Shown in pieces: positions 41,401 to 52,900 of a DNA stretch of 64,000 nt (position 1 is its first letter; the number at the start of each line of letters is the position of its first letter). The position numbers and the translations under genes are program-made. Source of the DNA: Phoronis australis (Eukaryota > Animalia > Phoronida); NCBI GenBank assembly GCA_002633005.1, contig NMRA01000279.1, positions 73,233 to 137,232 on the forward strand, written 5' to 3'. The notes beneath the pieces are model-generated. The model saw nothing but the letters and a program-made list of their open reading frames with translations, ran no database searches and was not told the DNA's origin.

Positions 41401-44400
41401 TATCTGGCACAGTTATTTCCTGCTGTCAGTTCTCACCATTAAAGCCAGAAGGCTGGTCCCTAATACGCCAGTTCTGTTCCGTTGGGTCAGGACCGCGGGA
41501 CTCGTCGAAGCCCCCCGATCGACCACCACGATTATCACGGTCACGACCTTCGCCCTGCTGTTGCCCAGCAATATCTACGCGTATTTTTCTGCCTTTCAGC
41601 ATCTAGAAAGTACAATAAAAGTAATCTCAAGAAAATGCATTTTAATTCAGATAAAAAACAAAATCTCAATTCTAGACAAACATGTTGTCAGTGCAAGGCC
41701 CAAGAACTGGTAGAGATGATTCGTTTAACCAACAGACAAGAATCAAATGTTTCAACCATTAGACAACTGAGCTAAAATTGTTTAAGTACGTACTTCTTCA
41801 CTCAAGTTAAGTGCATCCAGGAGTGATTGCCTGTCGTCAAACTCCGCATATCCAAATCCTTTCAACCTTCCGGCTTGGTCTTTGGGCAAACGCACTGTGG
41901 ATATCTGAAACAGTCAACGGCAATAAACTGAAAAAGCATTGCGTAGAAGACGACTGACTCTTCCTTCATAGGCGAAAAATCAGACAATCGATGAAAAGCA
42001 CACCAAAAACCATCCTGTTGGAATGCAATTTCCTGGCATTTCTGTAAGATTAATGGGAACGTAGTTGTCAGCGTGGTTTTGCATAGACAATGTGAACTTA
42101 GCCATGCGAGGCTTGTGCTACGTATGTCTGGTACTCAGTGATTCATGGTTACTTAATGGAAGGACTAGAGTTGAATTGGTTTCGTACTCCCAAGTTTTCT
42201 AGTCATTCTATTTGCGACAACGCACTTGAGTACAGCTGAATTAAATGTACACTTAGATTGAGGGAAGGTCCATTCCTCTTCCGAACGCCTGACTTTGCAT
42301 TTGCCAAATGGACGCAGGCTTCCTAGGTTTTTATAGTTTAATAACTGATGTTTATCTGTGTTCTTCTGGTGGCTCTGTCAAGCTTAATCTAGTTTTCTAT
42401 AGTTTGTGGCTCATCAAGTTTGTTTCAATACGTTTGCTGCGGTAAGCCGTTTACCTGTTTGATACTGTTAGAGTGCACTTTACTCAAAAACAATTAATCT
42501 ATGGTTGGTGCACTACATTCTGAGCTCTTGACTATTCATAGAATGTAATTATGAACTCTCACAACTCCAATAGAAAGGTATAAACAAGTACAGGCCGCTA
42601 CAAACTAAGTCAGTGATCAATCCACCTAAGTGCCTTATGCCCCCGAGGCATTGATTTTCATACTGAACGCAAGTACACACCGTTAAAGACTACAGCAGAG
42701 ACCAATCTACTGAAGCTTCCTGTGCCAAATCAACGTGCACACAAATTTTTGTGCGAACAAGCCAGGGCATAATTCAGAAAATACCAGGGACCAGAAGTTA
42801 AAACTAGACAGACGCCAAGGTGAATTTTGTAAGCAACGACTATATACTTGTGTGTATGGGTACTGTAGACAGCGCGTTAACTGAAACCCAGAGAGTCCCC
42901 TCTGTCCGTGACCGTCACTACAAGCAGGAGTTTATTGTTGCAAAATTTACTTTGGTTATGGTTTAGGTGTCCACTTCCTATGAGACTAGGGAAAGTTTAA
43001 GGATTCGACTGCATACATTTTTTCCGAAGGTACTTCGTGAGCGTATACGCGCGAAATTTTCCTTAGATACACTCATATATGCCTGGCAGGAGTAGACCTA
43101 AGGATGTACCTGTCTGCCAAAATCTCTAGTCCAACCAAAAGCAACTGTGTCCCCAGCAGGCACTCAATCTTTTATAGGTTCTTACAGGTCTGGAGCAGAA
43201 AGATAATTTAACGAGGCCTTTGGTCAGATTTCTTACCACACTAAGCTACAATCTGATGTGTATTTCAACTTTTCAAATATTCTCTTATTTTCTGTAATTT
43301 TTCTATGACAAACACTTATTAAATCGCTGCTCGATTATTTTAAATTCCCGCTGTTCCTTTTTTGATAAACTTCATAAGACACAGCAATTGAGTGCCCAGC
43401 TTCAGCTTTTCGTAATCAAAACAAAGCGTGGAGCAGGAGTGACACGTGAACAGTGGGCATGGTGATCACAACTTTTATCCTCATGTTTATCATCAGGATT
43501 ACAGCTGAAATCATGCCACTTCAGGTTGATAAGGCATGCCTTTTACATTCAAGTGATTGCAATAAACTGAAAAACCTCGATCGAATGACCTCATTGATTG
43601 ATCAAGCAAACCCATCTAAACACAGATGTCATTTTGCATCAGTGACCTTTGACACAGGCAATGACCTAATGTAATAAAGGTAAAGCTCATACCTGAGACA
43701 AGTGGGTTTACACTATCAAGTCTCACATTTTATGGAACGTGTGAAGTGAAGGCAACACTGCAGATTATTGTGGCTTACATTTCTTCCACCAAAAGACTAA
43801 AGCTTAAAGAGAGACAGGGCACTCGTTCGTCCGTGGGGAAAAGTGCTTGTGCCTTCTGGGAGTTGAATTTTTTTGGGCGAGGGGAAAATTCTATCCCCCA
43901 GTCAGCATCAATAGCACCTCAATCCGTTTTGCTAGCTATCACAAGCTCTGCCTCAAGTAACCAAAACATAACATTGTGTGCTGTTTCAAACCATCATCTG
44001 TGCGAGTAACAAGCAAGTCGAACCTTTTTTCTTCACCGCTTGAGGGGAATTTTTGGGCCTCATGAGGGGGATTTCGCGTGATTTTTTTAATACTCTGCAG
44101 ACGGGAATGGGGCCCAATACTCGCCCCCCCCCCAAAATCGAGGGGAATGAGGGCCCTGAGTGTGTATCCAAACGCGGCAGAAACGTAATACACAGCATAC
44201 CTTGAGACCCCTGAAGAAATGCATAATGTCACCCTCTTCACAGTCGTAGGACAGGTTACCAACAAATGCTGTATATGGCGGTCGGTCAGGAAGTTTGGAC
44301 ACGTCAACCTCTGGCCCACGAGATGCCTTCGGTGCCGTAGGCAGTGCTGCGCGGTTGACGGTAGGCGCCCCGTATTCAAAGCCACCCGAACCAACTTCTG

Positions 44401-46685
44401 CAACACCACAGATCCATTTAGACAATCTTTAGCCTCAAAAGCCAGCAAATTAAAAAAGCTCTTATCAGAATTAGAGATCAACGATGGCTAAAAGAGTCAG
44501 GGCTTGGAAATGACCAATGAGGAGGCAGCGTGGCCTGGTTGATAAGTGCCCACTTTCTTTACTCGAGGTCGTGGGTTCGAGTCCCACCAGGTCACACTGC
44601 TAAACCCTTGAGTCAGGTTTCTAGCTCCTCAGCTCGGCTTTAACCATATATTAATAAAGCATAAAAATACTTCTAGGTAATCAGTGCAGTGGGCCCACAT
44701 GTGAGGCCTGCGCACGTCTGGTACAACGTGTATCAGACCGCCTGCAATTAAAAAAAATGACAAAAAAGAGGAAATTTTTCAGGTGATGTATCGTTCCACA
44801 AATAAATAGGTTTGTGTGACAGAAATATTTTTGTTATGTAAAATTTAACTGAAATAAACATTTCTGCATGAATAAAGTCAAACCATAAAAAGAGACGAAA
44901 ACAGAGGAAACTGTAAATCAAATAACAGGAAATCGAAATGGAGAGGAAATCTTCTTAAAGGAGGAAAATGCCTAGCCCTGAAGAGTATCATTTTGGTTGT
45001 TAAGGAATTATAAACAGGACCAGTGCAGAATAGTGAAATGTGCTAACCACTGCACCGCAGGGACTGCGCATCTAGTGGTGTTTATTAATGTCACGTAATA
45101 AAACACAATCCTGACAGAATCTCAGCCTTACATCTTTCTGTTAAAGTATGAAATAAAAATCTGTCAAAAACCAATTAAATTTCTGACTGTCGCCCAGATG
45201 GTGACCAGGCTTTTGAGGTGTGAAAATCTGATTTTTGAGTCGTCATATTCATAGTTGAATTGAAAAAATTACCCCAACACGAAAAATATGGAAGTTGTTA
45301 GTCCAATTATCAGTGGAATACACTAGATTACCAGTCATTAAACATATAAAAACAGGTGACAAAAATGACAAATGGACGCCAGCATACCCCTTTCTTTTGG
45401 GGGTGCGCAAAACCATACACTTCAACAAAAACTTGACAAGCTATTTTTTCATCTCAAAGATTGGACCGGAGTTTTAGAAATTCAACCTGGGACTCTACTC
45501 CAGTCGATAATGTTGGCATAGACAATTGTAAGCTTAGAGGGCAGTCTAATCCTCTCCAAAATATACCTTACACCTTGACTTACCTATTTCTTCGTCTGAC
45601 ATGGCGTCAGCCCAGTTGGACGAGGCTGGCTTCGCAGCCAATACATAACTAGACCCAGGCCCAGCAGCTCCATCATCGGTCGCTAAAAACTCGTTCAAGT
45701 TAAGAGTTTTCCCCTTAGACTTGCTCTTCTTTTTACCTGTAAATAACAAACGTTCGCGGTCTCTTTAAAAACCTGCACCAATGCACGTAGCAAAGTTTGA
45801 AATGCCATGATCTACCAAGCAGTTTGTAAAAAACAAATCCCACACCATTTTTGCTAGTCTAAAGTAGACTTTCTTTTTTCGAAAAAGTGAGCAACGAGTA
45901 CTGCACCACCACTGCACCAGCTCCAATTTGACAAAACAGTGACCACAACAAACTATGCTTTTTGGCCTAAGAAAACAGTGCAGTTGGTATTTTTCGCGAC
46001 ATCTGTCTTAATTCACAAAAGTATGCTTCACTGAAAAATACGCATATGGAAGAAAGAAGAATTGTTGAAGAAAGTAACCTTTATTTTTCGTTTTTGAAAT
46101 TTTTGACAACATAAACATTTATTTATAGTCGATTTAAAATACCTGGGGCTTAAATTAAGAGCAACAGGGGGTCCGATTGCAAGCAGTCCATAATGTAGCG
46201 ATTGCATTGCCTACTGAGCATCTGACCAAGCCCAACACTACAACCAAGGCAGGGACAAGGCCAAAGAAAAAGTTCTGACCTACTCAGGACAACCTGCAAT
46301 CCCATAATTCATCAGAAAATACTTCAGAACATGCACACTAAAATTTTACCACTTCCAATGTGTTCAAGGCACGGCAAAAAATCAGAACTTGGGCAATAAA
46401 TCACTGAATGAAATTCATCAGCATGGTCGCCGTGAAATTGTCAATAGCAGACATTAGTCATGCTCGTGCTCTCGAGTCACGTACCAGCCTACCCAGATGG
46501 GAAAAGAAAGACATGTCACGCAGCATTTTCAAAATGTAATTACTATTGATTGGAAATTTTGACATCACCATAGCTACATTTAAGCACAGAGAATCTGCTG
46601 AAAAGGCTTCCGTCAATATTCTATACTTAAATGGCATTTATTTTAGGGCGGGAAGCAAGACACGTTTCTTACCACTGGAAGCCAT
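26498..46685 (-). CDS. EIF4B: Eukaryotic translation initiation factor 4B (~720-730 aa)
   Basis: Exons 5'->3': 46685-46673 (MASS), 45736-45584 ([17 protein letters not shown]...NWAD), 44397-44201 (LPTAPKA...[16 protein letters not shown]2), 41904-41794 ([13 protein letters not shown]1), 41602-41437 (duplicated at 40552-40387; RKIRVDIA), 39658-39380 and 37243-37072 (DRYG region, RRAFGSGF), 36770-36742, 36310-36079 ([22 protein letters not shown]), 34961-34867, 34169-33862 ([10 protein letters not shown]), 33170-33067, 32073-31967, 30749 (or 30726)-30645 (RGG), 29990-29921, 26545-26498 ([15 protein letters not shown]). All phases are consistent except the RGG exon (see findings). Confidence 0.93.
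26632..27929 (-). mobile_element. Helentron-associated (HINE/DINE-1-like) non-autonomous element with ~435-bp internal repeats
   Basis: ATGCACCCACA at 26658 recurs at 27893 as one arm of the hairpin ATGCACCCACATAT-AA-ATATGTGGGCGCAT. Both ends are A-rich (AACAAG..., ...ATAAAA). Three internal units are marked by CCACTANGGGGCAC at 26863, 27301 and 27735. Confidence 0.7.
28911..29090 (+). mobile_element. Partial copy of the CAGGGCTTGG MITE family
   Basis: Shares TTGTGTGACA...GAAATAAACATTT...GGAAATCAAAT...GAGGAAAATTCCAAGTCCTG with the copies at 35128 and 44498. Left TIR not seen. Confidence 0.7.
35128..35349 (+). mobile_element. hAT-like MITE with 6-bp TSD (AATAAC)
   Basis: AATAAC|CAAGGCTTGGAAT ... 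ATTCCAAGCCCTG|AATAAC. Confidence 0.85.
35670..36079. repeat. C-rich (G-rich on transcript) low-complexity / 21-bp repeat with N gap, abutting an EIF4B donor
   Basis: CACCCACCCAAACCCTTACCA repeated next to the N run at 35860-36036. Confidence 0.8.
37469..39150 (-). mobile_element. Possible degenerate HINE/Helitron-like element
   Basis: AACAAG start, GGGACACA near the left end with inverted TGTGTCTCC near the right end, and a CGAGATA...CGGAC tail resembling 26632-27929. Boundaries are uncertain. Confidence 0.35.
40012..40250 (-). mobile_element. tRNA-derived SINE
   Basis: Reverse complement of the element at 44521: B-box-like GGGTTCAAATTC and 3' TGGTACAACGTGTACCAGACCGCCTGCAATTA. Confidence 0.8.
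41051..41290 (-). mobile_element. tRNA-derived SINE (duplicate/allelic copy of 40012-40250)
   Basis: Lies within the 1-kb duplication and is nearly identical to 40012-40250. Confidence 0.8.
44498..44980 (+). mobile_element. hAT-like MITE with 6-bp TSD (AAGAGT), split by a SINE
   Basis: AAGAGT|CAGGGCTTGGAAATGACCAATGA ... GAAAATGCCTAGCCCTG|AAGAGT. The body matches 35128-35349. Confidence 0.85.
44521..44755 (+). mobile_element. Full-length tRNA-derived SINE (~235 bp)
   Basis: A box TGGCCTGGTTG, B box GGTTCGAGTCC, 3' stem-loop TCTGGTACA-ACG-TGTATCAGA and an A tail. AATGA flanks both sides. Other copies are at ~40012, ~41051, ~51748 and ~57536. Confidence 0.88.
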
Positions 46686-46972
46686 CTTTGGCAAAGTACC
46701 GGAAATAGCCAACAAACTTTTGTTTTTACTTGAATAAAATTGAAATATATAGTAAAATGAAATTCTTTATAATTAAATAATAATAATATTGTATTTTTAA
46801 TGATTAATTTATTACATTTTAGGAAAATTTATAACATTACTTATGCGTTATGTGGTGCGCATTGAAGTTGCATTTTTGCACAGCATCCACAAACGGTACA
46901 CCAACACAACCGGCTCAGTGATTAGAGTTCACAGGGTTTCAGTTCACTCCACGCATCCGTCCATCACCGAAT
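46686..46972. promoter_or_regulatory. Putative bidirectional promoter EIF4B / LZTFL1
   Basis: 287 bp separate the divergent ATGs, with a very AT-rich core at ~46730-46845. There is an ETS-like CCGGAAAT at ~46699 and a YY1-like AAGATGGC over the EIF4B start. Confidence 0.6.
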
Positions 46973-49900
46973 ATGGTAAATATTTCTCGGCCTGCAACAA
47001 CAACATGTGAATTCGTGTTGTACAAGTAGCGACTCTTGCACCTTCAAGCTTCCCTTGTTTTTCAATCATTCAATGTCAGTTTCAATGACAGTGTATCATT
47101 GATGAAAATTTTGGTGACTCCAGGACTTGAACCCAGGTTGCACATGTGAGACTCGAGCGACTAAACGGTTTGGCCAAGAGGCAATTGCCGCTTTGCAAGT
47201 GAAGCAAAGAGGCTTTGTCTGGATCTACGTTACACTCTTAAATCTCATGTGACAACACGGCCTCCCTCTTCCGCGGAATTGGCACGCCTGCTGGCTGCAG
47301 ATCTCAGGTCTTCTCAGGAAAACAGCGGCATCCTGGAATTTGCCCTCATCAACACTACCCTGTGTCCTGGAATTTGCCATCACCAACACTCTCCTTGTGT
47401 GCAGAATCCACCACCACCAGGCCGGCACCCTCTCCATCCAACAATCAGAGCAAATATTTACATCTCGGGGTTAATTGCGGATTTTTCCTTAGGCTTAGTT
47501 GGGCGCCAATGGTGACAATTTTGGTGACTTTTGGACTTGAACCCAGGTTGCACGTGTGAGAGCCGAGCATCTAAACCGTTCAGACAACAGGCAATTGCCA
47601 CTTGGCAAGCAACTTAGACTTTACTTAGACTCAGAGAAGCTTTATCTGGCTATGCATCACACCCGGAAGTCACGTGTCACAACTATGTCAACTGGCCTGT
47701 CAAGATTGTCAAAATGGCCGACAAGCACGTTTATTAACCGCTCGTCATGACACTACTAGTACAGTGTTGTGAAAAGCAGCTGATAGCGCCTGTGAGTCAC
47801 CACTTGTTTTTTCGCTCTGGTCAGATGTGGCGTTTCCTGATTTAGAGAAAAGAATAATTAGTAGCAATTAAATGGCCTGGCGTTGTTCAGTGGATGAAAC
47901 TGGTTCTCTAAATCAGAAACGTGTTAACTGAGGCTCTAATTAAGGCAAGTGCTCATTTCTTGAACGAGCGATCATTTCAACATGAAACTTGTATCAAGAT
48001 GTACATCTTATTGAAAGTCAAAATTTTCCAAATGGTTCGTGGCAAAATTCTCCGACTGTCAAATGTGAAATGAGCTTGCCAAAACAAGGAAACCCCAAAT
48101 GCCTGGGTGCGAAAGTCTTGTCCTCCTCCCTAAGCATCATATTGTTGGCCTCGGTCAAAAATGACGTAACTGGCACATATAAAGCATCTGAATTGAAAAA
48201 CTAGGCAGATGTCCACTAGAACACCCAAAAATTGTCTGAACAGACACTTTTATTTGTTTTTAGTTGAACAGAGAATTAAGAATCTATTGTATGCTCGGCG
48301 ACGACCAATTTCACTCTCAGGCCCAATATCCCACCCAAGCTCAGCTCCTACTTCTGGCAAAAACATACTGATCAAAGCATATCTGTGCATGTATCGTAAG
48401 CGGGACCTTCCATTTTTGCCAAGCAATTATGACTGAGTAGTATTTTGAGTCTTGGATGTTTGTGTGGCGACATCGTAGGATTATGACCAAGGGGATCCGG
48501 TAAAGGACGGACATTGATTGGATTAACACGCAGTCCAATCAAAACGTGATTGGCTAGAATGTGTGTATGTCAAGTTCCCCTGATTTAATTTGATTTAAAT
48601 GTCTGCTGTAACCTGTTCTTCAGGCATCTTCACTAGGAGTCAGCGATCATCATCATAGCAGTATTGTCGAGTTTATTCGCTTCACTCGCCAACAAAGAGG
48701 TGCCAGGTTACACGCGGTAGACAGATGCTTTGAAGATTTAAAAGACAGCAGGTAATTGGTGTGAGATAAGCTTCTCACTGGTATATTGTAAGTCAAAAAT
48801 AGTTAGCAGCAATTCAGATACTGCGTTGAAAATTCTTCAGTTTGGGGCACAATATGGCAGACGGGTAAAATTTCATTTTGTCAAATCTCTCTACAAAAAT
48901 AACTTTTCAGCCATATTTGGTTTGCATTTAACATGGTTTGTGTGACGTAGATTTACAAAACAATATTTGGTAAAATGTTGGGTATGTGACAAACCTCTGA
49001 AAAATAGAAATGTGGCAGTTTTAGCAATTTTTTTTGTCCCAAATTGAAGGATTTTTACTTTTCTTTCTTGTACACTTGTTAAGAGTAATTCAATCGATGC
49101 CTGAGAAAATAACAAAATTGAGTTCATACCATGATAAAGAAATGAAAGCTGTTAGCCTCAGACTGAGGGTATTAAGGGCTTAGTCTTGTTATTGATTTGA
49201 GGGATTAGGTAGGAATGTAGCCATCGAGCTACTCCAAATATAAAATCGGCTTCATTCAATGAGACCAACTCTTTGGACAATAATATAGTAACCAATCCTA
49301 ATTAGAGAGACCGTGCACTTGCCTTTTATATCATAATTAGAAAATGAGGCATGCGATGTATACAGAGAAAGGAGGGATGTCTAAGGCTCTGTCTGCACCT
49401 CATTGGCCATTTCAGACTAATGGAAGACACGTTTACTGTGGACGAGGTGACCGAGATGTTGGACGGTCTGCTGGCTGTTGTCCGCGGTGAGGTGGAGTCT
49501 GAGTTGATCAACACTTCACATATGAATGTACTGTTGCTGAGACAGATGTTTCAACAGGCAGAGAAGTGGCACCTCAAGCTGCAGGCGGACATATCAGAGC
49601 TGGAGAACAGGTGAGAGCGGTAGTGAGGTACAGTAAAAATTAACCGCAGTTTGTACTGTAAAAATTGATATACTCCTACAGACTTAAGACCTCGTGTGTA
49701 AGCTTTTGAAATAAAGTTAATTTTTTGAGTATTAATATAAATTGCTCATGTCGCGTAACAATTTGGAATTAATATTTTTGTTCAGGCGAGGCTGTTACCT
49801 CTTGTATCTAGATGTGGTGTGGGATTTGGCAGAATTCTCACCCGACAGCATGGTTCCCCTCAGGCTGGTCCCCCTCGGGCTTGTCCCTCTCGGGCGATAA

Positions 49901-52900
49901 TTCTGCCAAATCTCACAAAGGGTCTAGGTAAGGGAATTAACAGCCACGAAAATGTAATAATCTATTTATCCCGCATTAAGTAATAAACTCTCCGACATTC
50001 TGCAAACAGTCACACAGTCAATTTAAACTTTTCCCTAATCAATTTCTTTTCACACTTTACACGCACAAGTTTTCTAGGACCAATAAGGAAGACAGTCTCT
50101 AGAGTTTTGGACAGGAAAACTCCTGCAAAAATTGAGTTTTTCTTAATTCTGGGCAATTTTGGCATTCGTCGTGTCTTTCAAATTTCAGTCAATGTGTTTT
50201 CAATCTGTAGAGTGAGTAATTTTTGCTGTCTTTCCGGTGATTCTTGAATTTGGTACGGCCAGTATTGCCTATTTCTAGAATTGAGCAAATAAATTTGTCA
50301 CTGTCCTGACATCTATGGATATTTATTCAGGTTATCACACTTCTTTGAATCGGCATTGCAGCCGTCGGCACAGCAGTAATACTTTCTTGGCATGACTAAA
50401 GTATGTTGTAAAATATAAAGTATTCAGACGACAGATGCTAACATGTGACTCTCCTGCCTGCCGTATCTGGAGATGGGCTACTATTTCGTACCTCATGGCA
50501 TGGGAGAGCGATCAATGCGGAAGACGAGAATTGGAGAATTTTTACTGTTAGTGTCAACTCAGTTGTGCTAGTCGTTTTTTTTCTTCATCTGTGCTTTGTT
50601 GCCTTATCAGGGAGCTGCTGGAACAGATAAAGGATTTTGAAGAGATGGAGTTCTCTGGCACAAAGCGTGATACAGATTTCGGGGCCTCTAAACCTAAATT
50701 GCAGCCCCTGAACGAGAGTGGAGGTGCCGCTCTCTTACACATGGTAACATATTATATATTATATATTATATTCACGTACTTGTGTACCTATTTAGCAGTG
50801 AAATGGAAAAAACTAAAAACACAGAAAAATTGTGTCACAAAATGTTTGGCATAATGTCTTCTTATTGACAGCCAGTCATCTTCTTGTTGACTGATTTCTA
50901 GTCGACTGACTTGTAGTCTACTGACTTCTAGTCAATTGATTTCCAGGCAGCTTCAGATTCCTGTTTTAGTCTGTTCTTTTGATCTTGGATCTACTATAAG
51001 TTTACATTAAAATCCTTTAAATTTAAAATTCCCTCAAGAAAATCTGCCTAATAAAGAATTTTACTTTTTATTTAACATAAAAAGTCAAATAAGCACACAC
51101 AATACTCACAGCTGTATGATTTCTTGCTCACTAGTCAGTGGTAAATCACCCATTGAAGCAAACATTCCTCTCCTGTTTTTGATCAGTGGTAGCAGTGAAT
51201 AAATTAGTCTGCGATTGACATAAATAATGTCTTACTTCTTGGTCAGACTCATCTTGTCTTTCGTCGTCTCTTTCAGGAAATAGATCGGCTAAAGGAAGAA
51301 AATGAAAAACTGAAAGATAGGCTAAAACAGGTGGAATCTAAGGTAAGTGACAAAAAGTAGTTTGAGTCTCACGATGCACTCACAACTGTTTCATCAACGA
51401 ATTATATTTTATGACTTTAAGCAATCAGGTTGGGAAGTCTATGTGTTGCCTGTGAGGTTAAAGCATATCCGTTCATCTTACAGGGTTGTGTTTTTGCTAA
51501 ATAGAAATCTTGATCAAAATTTTTACATGACGGGTGGTGTCATATGGATGTGTACTGGATTTTGAGATACGCTGTTTTTAGGTTATTCATTTGTCACTTT
51601 ATCGTACTAAAAGTAGTTTCCAAAGCGATTCGTCAAAGTCATTTGGAGTTTTTTGAATTTTGGAAAAGCCTTGAAATTATTTTAAGTTAATTGTTGAGAA
51701 TTTCCCCCAAATTTTCCTTACTTTGAGCATCATGGTATTGAATGTATAACTGCAGACTGTCTGGTACACGCTGTGCCAGACACAGGCCACTTAGGTGGGC
51801 CTATTGCACTCATCATCTGGAACCATTTCTATGTTTTATTAGTATACAGTTAAACCGAGCTGAGGAGCTATAAACCTGACTCAAGGGTCTAACAGTGTGT
51901 CCCAGTGGGGCTCGAACCCACGAGCTTGAGTTAAGGAAGCAGACACATACCCCACTAGGTTACACTGCCTCCACACAACATGGTATTTCTATGCCCCTGT
52001 TTATGTCTGCTGAAAGAAACAATGGGTGGTTGGCAGGTTGTACTGAGACAAGACCTGCCCATGCTTGACGAGATATGATTGACACATCTATCCTTACCAC
52101 TCGATTATCTGTGTCTTCATGTGTGTCTGGCAAAGTCTGTTGCGTCGCAACAAGATAAATGTCTTAGCGTTGGCACCACTCGTGTTATCTGTGTCTTCCC
52201 GTCTGTCTGTTTTAGGCTATTGGGTTCCAGCAAGATAAACAGCAGCTTGAGGCTAGTCTACGACAGGCCAAGGCTTCTGGGTCAACACAACAGGACAGTC
52301 GGGTATGACTGGCTAGTGTTCGTAATACTCAGCTAGATTGGACCGGATAGCAAAATTCCTTGCCCACTTACTAATCATTGCTCATTTAACTTGAAAGATA
52401 CTACTGGTCCGTAATGGAAATCAGGCTAGTCAAAGTATCTGGAATTGGCTTGTTTGCTCAGTTGGTTATGTCAACATAACATTCCAAGCTTGGAAAAACT
52501 TTCCCTGCTTGGTAATCATTGCTGTGCAAGCTTGATTAAGATTTCTGGTTCGTTATACAATTCAAGATAATTAAGCCTCTTTTTGATATTTTTATCTGAT
52601 TATATAGATTGTTTATTGTCTCCTGACGTCATGTTAAAAATATTTAGATCTCACTAGGAGACGAAGTGTAATGAAAGTGGTCAAACATTACATCCGACTT
52701 CAACTGCCTTTCGTCAGCGACGTAGATTCCCGCCATCCCTTTGCTGTTAAGTCAGCTGCTGCTTGACAATGAAGGCGTGGCCGGGAATCTCAGTCACTGA
52801 TGAAGGCCGGTTGTAGTCGGCTGAAACATTCGACCGCCTTTGATACACCCTTTTGCCTATTAAGTGAGTTCTGCAGGTTGCTAACATAATTGTGTAGTGT

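Larger units (their letters stand above)
39538..41623. repeat. ~1.04-kb tandem duplication joined by a single N (likely uncollapsed haplotypes)
   Basis: 39538-40573 is nearly identical to 40575-41623, with scattered SNPs and a 10-nt indel (AAGAAAACTG near 41317). The N is at 40574. Confidence 0.9.

Noticed and set aside
39342-41775. Plus-strand Ile/Thr/Val-rich ORFs
   Set aside because: They are antisense or off-frame readings of the EIF4B DRYG and RRM exons.
44521-44600. tRNA gene
   Set aside because: It has A and B boxes but no convincing cloverleaf. It continues into a shared body and A tail present in several copies, so it is a SINE head.
26546-46672. Intronic snoRNAs in EIF4B
   Set aside because: By eye I found no properly spaced C/D boxes with a terminal stem. 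A covariance-model scan would be needed to exclude them.
46700-48620. RFX X-box for ciliary regulation of LZTFL1
   Set aside because: No convincing GTTNCCATGGNAAC-like palindrome was seen, only weak half-sites.
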